Shown: in pieces, positions 15,055 to 22,415 of the stretch | How positions within the stretch are numbered: position 1 is the stretch's first letter | Layout: each line of letters starts with the position of its first letter | Assembly: GCA_021161995.1 (NCBI GenBank) | Contig: JAGGZO010000073.1 | Coordinates: forward strand, 1-24,000 | DNA length: 24,000 nucleotides | Direction: 5' to 3' | From: Candidatus Aenigmatarchaeota archaeon | Lineage (GTDB): Archaea > Aenigmatarchaeota > Aenigmatarchaeia > CG10238-14 > SpSt-28 | Translations under genes and position numbers: made by a program | The notes under the pieces: model-generated | What the model was told of the DNA's origin: nothing | Databases searched by the model: none | The model's input: the letters and a program-made list of their open reading frames with translations, nothing else

Positions 15055-15277
15055 AATTCAAGAATGTATTTAATTTATTAAACATGTTTGTTGGAATATG
15101 CTTGCTCTATTTTTTCATCAATCTTTTAGGTATATTTCCGTTAACTCTTCTCTTTGAAAAAACCCGGTATAACCATTCACGTGAAGTATTATCTTCAAAG
15201 GCTTGTTTATCTCTGTTATCACAATCGTATCTTACCAAAAAAATAAAAAGAATTTTATACTATCAAATTTTGTAAAC

Positions 15278-15391
15278 GCCCCGGTAGCTCAATGGAAGAG
15301 CGCCCGGCTTGTATGCCGCCTCCTGGTATATTGATACTAAGATGAGAGCAAGGATACCGGGAGGTTGTGGGTTCAACTCCCACCCGGGGCT
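15278..15391 (+). tRNA. tRNA-Thr(UGU) with an intron of about 42 nt at the canonical 37/38 site (about 15314..15355)
   Basis: Acceptor GCCCCGG/CCGGGGC. D-arm GCTC/GAGC. Anticodon stem CCCGG/CCGGG with 5' loop CTTGTA. T-arm GTGGG-TTCAACT-CCCAC. Exon CTTG pairs with intron CAAG to form the central BHB helix. The exact 3' junction is uncertain by 1 nt. Confidence 0.85.
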
Positions 15392-15426
15392 TTTATATTT
15401 TTGTTCTAGAAGAAAATTCTATTAGA

Positions 15427-15540
15427 GGGGCCGTAATCTAGCCAGGCAGGATGGCGGGCTCCAGAAACGGGTTTTTGGAGCGTGGATAAAAGATGACAGG
15501 GAGAAACCCGTTAACCGGGGTTCAAATCCCCGCGGCCCCA
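15427..15540 (+). tRNA. tRNA-Trp(CCA) with a 41-nt intron at 37/38 (15465..15505)
   Basis: Acceptor GGGGCCG/CGGCCCC. Anticodon stem GCGGG/CCCGT with loop CTCCAG|...|A. T-arm CGGGG-TTCAAAT-CCCCG. In the BHB, CTCC pairs with GGAG, flanked by bulges AG|A and AA|A. Confidence 0.85.
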
Positions 15541-15636
15541 TTCTCAACAAAAACTTTTTCTTGTTGCCTTGCGAAAAAGCTAGAAATAACCTTGACCTTG
15601 AGAAATCAAAAAAGAATAAAAGAAAAGGCTACTGCC

Positions 15637-15930
15637 TTACTTTGTGAGTGTTATGTCGATTGTTGATACGTAAGTCTTTTTACCTTCTACTTCCCTTTCT
15701 TCTGTGTCTATCTTAACTTCCTTTATGGAGACTTCGTTTATGAACCTTCTTCTTACTATCTCTGCTACATCTACAGCCTTACTGATTGCTCTACCCCTTG
15801 CTTTTACATGTACCTCCTTTTGTCCAGCACCGAACTGAGTGATTACTGCTAGTACATAGCTCATTAGCGGCTTTTTACCTACGTATATTACGTTTTCTGC
15901 CTGATTGCTTTCTTCTTTCTTTTCTGCCAT
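15637..15930 (-). CDS. albA: Chromatin protein Alba (Sac10b family DNA/RNA-binding protein)
   Basis: 97 aa. [21 protein letters not shown]...[24 protein letters not shown] is the Alba signature. AGGTGAT (SD) lies 4 nt upstream of the ATG. Confidence 0.9.
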   Translation of the reverse strand: MAEKKEESNQAENVIYVGKKPLMSYVLAVITQFGAGQKEVHVKARGRAISKAVDVAEIVRRRFINEVSIKEVKIDTEEREVEGKKTYVSTIDITLTK

Positions 15931-16019
15931 GCTATCACCTGTGGCTACATATTTATTAATAGTAAACTTTTAAAGCATGAAACAGTTAGTTAAAATGGTT
16001 TAGGGAATAATCATATTTT

Positions 16020-16520
16020 ATGGTATTGCAGCCAAACGAGCTGATATTTTCCATCGTAGTCCCTTTTTTGATATATTATGTATTATTGTTTGGTATTCTT
16101 GAACGAATACGTCTTTTCAACAAGCGTACAAACAGTTTACTTAGTCTGCTAATAGGGATTCTTGGGACATATTCGCTTTATAAGATAGGTTTATCCGGTA
16201 TTCTACCCTCTCTGGCTGCGATATTCATAGTATCAATATTCGGAGCTATTTTCTTTTTTGGGGCAGGTAAAAAATCGCTAGAGTATGCTAATAAGGCAGT
16301 ATCTCAACAAAATTCTCGAGATAAAGATAATTTAAAGCTAGAAATATTGTCTATTTGTTCTAAAATACTCAATGCTATGCAAGAAGGTGATACGAATAAA
16401 GTTACTGAATTGAAACAAGAATTTTTGTCTAAGATGAACTATTTGAGAACAATAGTCTCTCAGCAGGAATACGAAGAATTCAAAAAATCTCTGCCTCAAG
16501 AATGTCAGACTTTAATTTGA
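16020..16520 (+). CDS. Membrane protein, paralog family member P1 (TM N-half plus coiled-coil C-half)
   Basis: 166 aa. The N-terminus VVPFLIYYVLLFGILERIRLFNKRTNSLLSLLIGILG shares the motif described in the findings. The C-terminal 70 aa are charged and helical. Confidence 0.6.
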   Translation: MVLQPNELIFSIVVPFLIYYVLLFGILERIRLFNKRTNSLLSLLIGILGTYSLYKIGLSGILPSLAAIFIVSIFGAIFFFGAGKKSLEYANKAVSQQNSRDKDNLKLEILSICSKILNAMQEGDTNKVTELKQEFLSKMNYLRTIVSQQEYEEFKKSLPQECQTLI

Positions 16521-16536
16521 AGCGTGAAAATAAATT

Positions 16537-16908
16537 ATGGAGTTTATCGATGTCATAATGTTCGGTTTTAAACCATTCTTGATATCAACAATAATAATTT
16601 ACAGCCTCTTGATCAAAACCAAAATTTTTGGTGGTGATAAAGCAGGCAAGAAAGTAAGTGCGATAATAGCTGTAACTATCTCTATGTATATATTCCTTGG
16701 TTTCTTGGAGAATGCTAGCATGATACTGAAAACGTTTTTGGTATTTCCATTACTAATACTGCTTATATTTGTTGGTTTTGTTGCATACAAAACTCTTGTT
16801 GAGATGAAAATTCATGAACCAAAGAAGAATAGAGAGAAAATTCTACTTTTTGTTGTCGTTTTGTTACTTACGATCTTTCTTTCGTTATACATCTTTACTA
16901 AGCTATAA
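16537..16908 (+). CDS. Membrane protein, paralog family member P2
   Basis: 123 aa. FKPFLISTIIIYSLLIKTKIFGGDKAGKKVSAIIAVTISMYIF aligns with P4 and P5. It has 3-4 TM helices. Confidence 0.6.
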   Translation: MEFIDVIMFGFKPFLISTIIIYSLLIKTKIFGGDKAGKKVSAIIAVTISMYIFLGFLENASMILKTFLVFPLLILLIFVGFVAYKTLVEMKIHEPKKNREKILLFVVVLLLTIFLSLYIFTKL

Positions 16909-16934
16909 ATATAAGCTTAGACATTTAATTTATT

Positions 16935-17840
16935 ATGAGAGAGGAAATTCTAAAGTTCTATTTACTCGCATTACTACTGGCAATTCCACTTACAAACGCT
17001 GCTAGTGTAGTTCAACTGGGGATGTCCGATACAATCATGAGTGTTATAGTTATTTTGGGCTTTGTTGGTATACTATTGTATCTAGGAGGAGTAATAAAGT
17101 TTTCCGGTGCTGGTTCATGGAAAAACAAAATTCCAACTAGCTTCATTGCATTTGCAATATTTTTGATAATAGTATTCGTTGTTCCAATGTTCGTTAAATA
17201 TCCATCATACATAAGAGTCGACCCAACCTGGCAAAGTTCACCTCTACCGTCTACTGTTGGAAAAATATTTATAATGCTTGGTTTACCAGAGGACTGGATG
17301 TATGTTCCAGCAATAATATATCTGTTTATTATTCCATTTGCAGCTATCTATACTTTGGTGTGGGCGTTTCTCAATGATCTAGGCGTCTTCAAAAATGTTA
17401 GTAACAAGAGGATAAACATAGTATTAGCATTTTTAATTGCTTTTTCGACAATACCACTAGGATACTTCACCAAACTTGTTCATGTGTTATTTGCATTCCT
17501 TGGTGGGTATTCAGTTGCAATGTTTGCTGCTATGATGATAGTCGGCATATTTGGTAAGGGATATGGATATGCTGTAAATGCTTATGCTAAAACAGCAATT
17601 GCAAAACAGTCAGCTAAGATAAAGGTGTTGCACCAGAACGTGAAGAATTTGTTAGCCGAAGTACAAAAAGCAAGAGATGATGGCGCAGCAAGAGCAGTCC
17701 TAATGACACCAGCAGCACAGGCCATGTTAAGAGAATATGGTAACATGACTGGTAGACCGATGGAGATAGAAGCCATACTAGCGAACTTAAATGGTATGAG
17801 TAAAAGTCAAATAATAGATGCATTGAAAAAACTCGTCTAA
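16935..17840 (+). CDS. Polytopic membrane protein (signal peptide, about 6-7 TM) with an embedded copy of the paralog motif (P3) and a helical C-terminal tail
   Basis: 301 aa. The signal-like N-terminus is LLALLLAIPLTNAAS. The internal motif is FIIPFAAIYTLVWAFLNDLGVFKNVSNKRINIVLAFLIAFST. Its stop codon overlaps the convergent ATPase stop codon (ctaa at 17837-17840). Confidence 0.6.
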   Translation: MREEILKFYLLALLLAIPLTNAASVVQLGMSDTIMSVIVILGFVGILLYLGGVIKFSGAGSWKNKIPTSFIAFAIFLIIVFVVPMFVKYPSYIRVDPTWQSSPLPSTVGKIFIMLGLPEDWMYVPAIIYLFIIPFAAIYTLVWAFLNDLGVFKNVSNKRINIVLAFLIAFSTIPLGYFTKLVHVLFAFLGGYSVAMFAAMMIVGIFGKGYGYAVNAYAKTAIAKQSAKIKVLHQNVKNLLAEVQKARDDGAARAVLMTPAAQAMLREYGNMTGRPMEIEAILANLNGMSKSQIIDALKKLV

Positions 17841-20080
17841 CCCTTCCCTATTCTTTTTCTAAACCATCCATCCCATCTTTTAAATATTTCTTTTGAATCT
17901 AGTGTACCAGTTTCATTTTTAACTTCTTCACTGAAATAATGAAACATGTCATTAGCTTCTACAACATAATCCGCTTCCAAAATTTCCGGCGTGTCATACT
18001 TTTCAGAGTAATCGACCATCGCTTGTTTTATTTTAGCTCTTAGCATGATATTGTCCCAAACAAGATCCCAATTACCATAGAATTCCCTCACCCTCTTTGC
18101 TATTTCGTTTATTACAAAACTTTCTCCATGTATCAAAGTGTCTGCTGGCTGTAGTTCATCTTTTTTCGAATTATAAACTAACAACGGAACAAATGCATTT
18201 TCTTTCAAAGGATCTTTGCTCCAATGTTTTCTTATCTCTGTAACTTCTACAACTCTTTTGAATCTTCTTAGACCATCTGCTGTTTTTAAGTTTGCTGTTA
18301 AAACTATTAGATCAGCTGCTTTGAAACTTGTTGTTGGTACACCTAAATCATTAACAACTCTATCAAAAACGCCATATGCTGATTCACCATGGATAGTTCC
18401 AGCTACCGTATGTGCTAACGCACCTATACGCATAGCCTCGAATAAAGCAAGAGCTTCTTTTGATCTAATTTCTCCTATTATCAAAACAGAGTCTCCAAGC
18501 CTTAGTGCTGTTCTTAACGCTTCTTCTGCCGGTAATTCTGATTCAACTCTTGTTATCACACTTCTAGCTTTCAATCTTGTTATGTTATACCCAAGTTTTC
18601 TGAAATAAGGAACGGGTATTTCAAGTGTATCTTCGATGACAACTATTCTGTATTTTTTCATTATCTCTAGCATCATTGCTGTTAATAAAGAAGTTTTACC
18701 TGAGCCTCTACCACCAGCAATCAATAAAGATCTACCACCATCTACAATAAAACTGAGTAACCCAGCAAATAATGGATTTATCATTTTGTACTTTATGAAC
18801 AATGGCAGTGTCCATGGTTTATCTCTATGTCTTCTGAACGCAAAACCCAAGCCTTCTGGTGATAAACCTTTTGTGATTGCAGCAACTCTTGCTCTACCAC
18901 CTGGAACTATTAGTTCTGTGTCTAATACGGGATTAGCTTCGTCCAAAGGCCTGCCAGAGTATAACCTGAATTTTGTCGCCCAGCCTTCAGCATCCTCTTT
19001 ACTAGGATAAAGATTAGTTTCACATTCTTCAAAATCAGCATGCTGGATAAATATTGGGGTTGAACCAACAGGAGAGTTTATGTAAATATCGGTTATTTTT
19101 TCGTCTGCTAATAATAACTCGAGTAACCCAAAACCAGCTGTGTATCTGACTAAAATGTTTGTTAATTGTTCTATTTTATCTCCTGTTAAGTATATTCCAG
19201 ATTCGCTAGCTATCCTTTCTATTGTTTCCTTTCCGAGTTTGTAGAAAAAATCTCTTGATGCTTCTAAGTCCAAATTCTCTGTTTCTGGTGGTCTGTTTTC
19301 TGCAATAAAAACTCTTGCTCTTTGCAGTATCATATTTTCTTCTTCATTCAAGAAGAATTCTGGTGCTTTGAGATAGTAAACCAGTCTAATCTTTCCAGGT
19401 ACTTTGTAAATCTCAACCTCTATCCCTTTTTGAATCTCATACCTTTCTATTCTTATAGACCCTCTTGGCGGTAAAACAAAGAACTTTGAATCCATGAAAA
19501 CAGGTCTTATAATAGGTCTGAAAATTTTTCTGTATGATGTTCTATCTCCAGGTTTTATCAAATTTATTTCATTGACGAACTCTTGTATTATTTTAGATTT
19601 CTTCAACTCAGATATAATTTTCTCTACATGGTTTTGTAAAAGACTTTTTGTAAGACTATCTTTCTTTTTATCGAGTTCTATTTGCAAAAGAATTCTCATT
19701 CTTTTTGCTTTCTTGAATGCATATATAGGATCCCTTCTTATCAACTTCAATATTTCGGAAAACTTTTCTAGTTTTTGTGATATACTGGCATGATTTCTTA
19801 ATTCTATATCGTTAACTGGCTGATCAACTCTAAACCTTCTTGTTAACCTTTTGTGTATATCTGCGATTTCATATAACAACTTAACTTGATCATAATCGTA
19901 TTCATAGTCTCTACCCTTAGTTATTACGATCGACTCTACAGTTTTAATTTGAGATAATCTGTCTATTATGAACTCCATCATATCCGCAGAATCTTCGATA
20001 GTAAAGAAAGTGACATCCATACCTGAGCAATTTACCAATAATTTATTCTCTGAGATCTCATACGGGAAATTGAAAACCAT
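17837..20080 (-). CDS. Type II/IV secretion-system-family ATPase (FlaI/PilB/VirB11/GspE-like) with a long N-terminal extension
   Basis: 747 aa. It has Walker A LLIAGGRGSGKTSLL, Asp box IVVIEDTLEI, Walker B DSVLIIGEIRSKEA and His box GTIHGES. More than 300 aa precede the ATPase core. Confidence 0.85.
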   Translation of the reverse strand: MVFNFPYEISENKLLVNCSGMDVTFFTIEDSADMMEFIIDRLSQIKTVESIVITKGRDYEYDYDQVKLLYEIADIHKRLTRRFRVDQPVNDIELRNHASISQKLEKFSEILKLIRRDPIYAFKKAKRMRILLQIELDKKKDSLTKSLLQNHVEKIISELKKSKIIQEFVNEINLIKPGDRTSYRKIFRPIIRPVFMDSKFFVLPPRGSIRIERYEIQKGIEVEIYKVPGKIRLVYYLKAPEFFLNEEENMILQRARVFIAENRPPETENLDLEASRDFFYKLGKETIERIASESGIYLTGDKIEQLTNILVRYTAGFGLLELLLADEKITDIYINSPVGSTPIFIQHADFEECETNLYPSKEDAEGWATKFRLYSGRPLDEANPVLDTELIVPGGRARVAAITKGLSPEGLGFAFRRHRDKPWTLPLFIKYKMINPLFAGLLSFIVDGGRSLLIAGGRGSGKTSLLTAMMLEIMKKYRIVVIEDTLEIPVPYFRKLGYNITRLKARSVITRVESELPAEEALRTALRLGDSVLIIGEIRSKEALALFEAMRIGALAHTVAGTIHGESAYGVFDRVVNDLGVPTTSFKAADLIVLTANLKTADGLRRFKRVVEVTEIRKHWSKDPLKENAFVPLLVYNSKKDELQPADTLIHGESFVINEIAKRVREFYGNWDLVWDNIMLRAKIKQAMVDYSEKYDTPEILEADYVVEANDMFHYFSEEVKNETGTLDSKEIFKRWDGWFRKRIGKG

Positions 20081-20117
20081 ATAATTTAATATTATTGATT
20101 AACATTAAATTATATTT
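20081..20117. promoter_or_regulatory. A 37-bp divergent intergenic region with a 9-bp perfect inverted repeat (putative crossed TATA elements)
   Basis: TAATTTAAT (20082-20090) and ATTAAATTA (20104-20112) are separated by 13 bp. Each arm lies about 24-36 nt upstream of the start codon of the gene it faces across the repeat, which is consistent with leaderless transcripts. Confidence 0.35.
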
Positions 20118-20525
20118 ATGGCGAAACAACAGAGGAGTTCCTCAGATTTATCTAGAATACAACTCTCTATGAATGATTTGTTGAATAGAATAAGAGTTTT
20201 GGAACAGCTAACTGAAAAAATGGATATTTTGATTTCTTCTTTAGAAAAAGAAGTTCGCGATACAGAAAAAAGATTATTGAACAGAATAAACGAAATAGAC
20301 GAATCTATCGAAAAAATGGATTCTCGCTTAAGACAGGTTGAAGTTTCTCTGGATAAACTCAAAAGCGAGGTTGACAAAAAGGCATCTAAGATGGAAGTTA
20401 AAGAACTGAGCTCATTGTTAGAGTTATTCAGTCCCATAAAATCAGTTTTTGTGACCAAGGAGCAAGTCAAAATGATTGTAGAAGAAATTTTGGAAAAGAA
20501 GAAAAAGGTTGAAACGAATATATAA
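20118..20525 (+). CDS. Coiled-coil protein (hypothetical)
   Basis: 135 aa. Heptad-like charged repeats run throughout (LLNRIRVLEQLTEKMDILISSLEKEVRDTEKRLLNRINEIDESIEKMDSRLRQVEVSLDKLKSEV). The gene is divergent from the ATPase. The antisense ORF 20105..20470 is rejected. Confidence 0.65.
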   Translation: MAKQQRSSSDLSRIQLSMNDLLNRIRVLEQLTEKMDILISSLEKEVRDTEKRLLNRINEIDESIEKMDSRLRQVEVSLDKLKSEVDKKASKMEVKELSSLLELFSPIKSVFVTKEQVKMIVEEILEKKKKVETNI

Positions 20526-20562
20526 TTACCAAAGAAATTAAAGATTATTGGTAAGTGGTAGC

Positions 20563-21264
20563 ATGTTGTTTAGTAAGAAAAAATCCACATCTGTAGGAAA
20601 AGGGTTTGTACCAACAGATAAAGTAAAGGAGCTTTTTTCCAAAGGTTTCTCAGAGGTTGAAATAATAGATATACTAAGGAAAGAGGGTTTTTCTCCAGAA
20701 GAAGTCGACAAAGCATTGACGGAAGCTCTGAAATCAGAGATAAACAAAGTTAAGTTACCAACAAAGAAGGATATAGAAGAATCTGTTAAAGAAGAAGCAA
20801 AACCTTCTCAACCTCTTACTCAACAACCTGATCAGCAGACTCAGCCAGTTCAGCAAGCCACTCAGCAAATCCAACAACCTCAATCGGTCCAACCCGTCAA
20901 TCCAGTACAGCAAGAAGTTGCTGAAGAAGAATACGCATATGTTACACCAGAAGAGTATGTTGAATATCTTATAAGAGAAAAGATGCAAGATTTGAATACA
21001 AGATTAATGGAATTTAACATGAAATATAAGGAGCTAGAAAACAGAATAGCTGATTTGACAGAGAGATTAGATAATTTCTGGAAATCAAGAGAAGATGAAT
21101 ATCAATCAATACTCAGAAGGATAGAAACTTTAAAAGATTCTCTGGATGAAATGAACACAAGAATTGCTACACTAGAAAGAGCATTCAAAGAAACATTTCC
21201 ATCATTGATAGAAGGGATAAAGCTTCTGAGTGAAGTAGTTCAAAAGCTAAAAAAGGAAGCTTAG
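20563..21264 (+). CDS. Hypothetical protein: small N-terminal helical domain, Q/P-rich linker, C-terminal coiled coil
   Basis: The track starts it at TTG 20548; the first ATG is at 20563 (MLFSKKKSTS...). The N-terminal domain reads KVKELFSKGFSEVEIIDILRKEGFSPEEVDKALTEAL. The linker reads QPLTQQPDQQTQPVQQATQQIQQPQSVQPVNPVQQ. The coiled coil reads MEFNMKYKELENRIADLTERLDNF...IATLERAFKE. Confidence 0.65.
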   Translation: MLFSKKKSTSVGKGFVPTDKVKELFSKGFSEVEIIDILRKEGFSPEEVDKALTEALKSEINKVKLPTKKDIEESVKEEAKPSQPLTQQPDQQTQPVQQATQQIQQPQSVQPVNPVQQEVAEEEYAYVTPEEYVEYLIREKMQDLNTRLMEFNMKYKELENRIADLTERLDNFWKSREDEYQSILRRIETLKDSLDEMNTRIATLERAFKETFPSLIEGIKLLSEVVQKLKKEA

Positions 21265-21275
21265 AATAATTATTT

Positions 21276-21848
21276 ATGAATGTTTTTGAAAACGTAGCGC
21301 AGCAACTCGCTGAAGCGGGATTTTTTACATATTTTTTACCTTTCATAATTTTCACTGCATTCGCTTATGCATTGCTTAAAAGATCGAAAGTATTTGGGGA
21401 TTCTGTTGTATTGAATGGTGTTCTGGCGTTTTCGCTTGGTTTACTTGTTTTTGGGTCACCATTTCTTTTGGGGATCGATTTATCGAGAGCTCTTTCATTG
21501 TTTTTTGTTCAAGCATTTTCTTTTTTGTTAGTATTCTTCATAGGTATACTGATTTCAGCATTATTCTATCCAGACTTGCTTAAAGTACTGGAGGAAACAA
21601 TGAAAAGAAGGACAACAATGTATGCAATGATAGCACTGGGTTTAGCTTTATTCATAATAAGCGGACTTTTTTCCATAACTTATGAACCAGGCAACCAATC
21701 TGTTTCTACTGAAAATGGTGGAGGTTCTGGTTATATAAGTGAACAGAAAAGTAATTTAAGAGGTTTGTATATACTTACCACTGTTTTAATAATTTTTATT
21801 GTGATAATATTAATCGCTGGGTATGTTGCTAAAGGGGGTGGTGCATAA
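21276..21848 (+). CDS. Membrane protein, paralog family member P4
   Basis: 190 aa. AEAGFFTYFLPFIIFTAFAYALLKRSKVFGDSVVLNGVLAFSLGLLVF is followed by further TM helices and a G-rich loop, ENGGGSGY. Confidence 0.65.
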   Translation: MNVFENVAQQLAEAGFFTYFLPFIIFTAFAYALLKRSKVFGDSVVLNGVLAFSLGLLVFGSPFLLGIDLSRALSLFFVQAFSFLLVFFIGILISALFYPDLLKVLEETMKRRTTMYAMIALGLALFIISGLFSITYEPGNQSVSTENGGGSGYISEQKSNLRGLYILTTVLIIFIVIILIAGYVAKGGGA

Positions 21849-22412
21849 GTGTCAGATCCATTCACAATAATGGTTCAAAGATTAGACGAACTTGGATTTT
21901 TTACCTTTCTTTTACCGTTCATTCTTTCAACTACTATAATCTATGCGTTACTAAGAAAATCGAAGATTTTTGGTGATCCAAAAGAGAATGTTACTGTTAA
22001 TGCAACTATTGCTATAACAATTTCTATGATGGTGCTAGCTGCACCTATACTAGCCGGTATTGATGTTAAGCAATCGTTAGCAAAGTTTTCAGTTTACTCA
22101 TTAATAATGTTTGTAATAATAATGTCTTCGTTGTTTGCGCTTGCTTTCATTGCACCAGAAGGTGATATCAGTAAACTTCTCAGCTCCGAAATAGGTGGTG
22201 GGAATAAAAAAGTAAAATTATTGAGTATAGTTGCTCTCTTGATTGGTATTTTTGTTATAGCTGTTTTATTTTCTAGCGGTATAATGTCTGTTTTATTTGG
22301 CGATAATCTTGGTAAAGGTTTATCCGGTTTGGATGAAACTATAAAGTCTGTGATAACTTTCATTGTTATAATTGGTTTTATTATCGGAGTTATTGTTTTT
22401 GTTAGTAAATAA
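21849..22412 (+). CDS. Membrane protein, paralog family member P5
   Basis: 187 aa. The GTG start immediately follows the P4 stop, with GGGGGTGGTG upstream (SD-like). LDELGFFTFLLPFILSTTIIYALLRKSKIFGDPKENVTVNATIAITISMMVL is closely similar to P4 and P2. Confidence 0.65.
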   Translation: MSDPFTIMVQRLDELGFFTFLLPFILSTTIIYALLRKSKIFGDPKENVTVNATIAITISMMVLAAPILAGIDVKQSLAKFSVYSLIMFVIIMSSLFALAFIAPEGDISKLLSSEIGGGNKKVKLLSIVALLIGIFVIAVLFSSGIMSVLFGDNLGKGLSGLDETIKSVITFIVIIGFIIGVIVFVSK

Positions 22413-22415
22413 AAT

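Noticed and set aside
15048-15275. A 75-aa plus-strand ORF in the spacer between the NMD3-like gene and tRNA-Thr
   Set aside because: It has no SD and a low-complexity hydrophobic translation, and it overlaps the GTG start of the NMD3-like gene. The region is more simply the divergent promoter space. I found no convincing small RNA or ORF in it.
15465-15505. A box C/D guide RNA inside the tRNA-Trp intron, as known for some archaeal tRNA-Trp introns
   Set aside because: The intron is only 41 nt. It has an imperfect C-box-like AGATGA but no CUGA D box and no room for C'/D' and guide segments.
15541-15636. Inverted repeat CTTTTTC-N12-GAAAAAG downstream of tRNA-Trp and Alba as a functional hairpin terminator
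   Set aside because: It is a short AT-rich stem with a large loop. Archaeal termination mainly uses oligo-T tracts, which are present anyway, so this is not distinctive enough to call.
16599-20470. Antisense ORFs inside the ATPase locus (16599..16790, 17012..17212, 17582..17776, 17614..17823, 18216..18608, 18636..19010, 19494..19793, 20105..20470), and similar ones elsewhere (1844..2531, 3009..3509, 4676..5002, 8033..8461, 10620..11578, 11900..12169, 12881..13090, 13577..14035, 20538..20988, 22094..22363)
   Set aside because: Each lies wholly within, and antisense or out of frame to, a longer ORF with recognisable motifs or coherent TM or coiled-coil character. Their translations are low-complexity.
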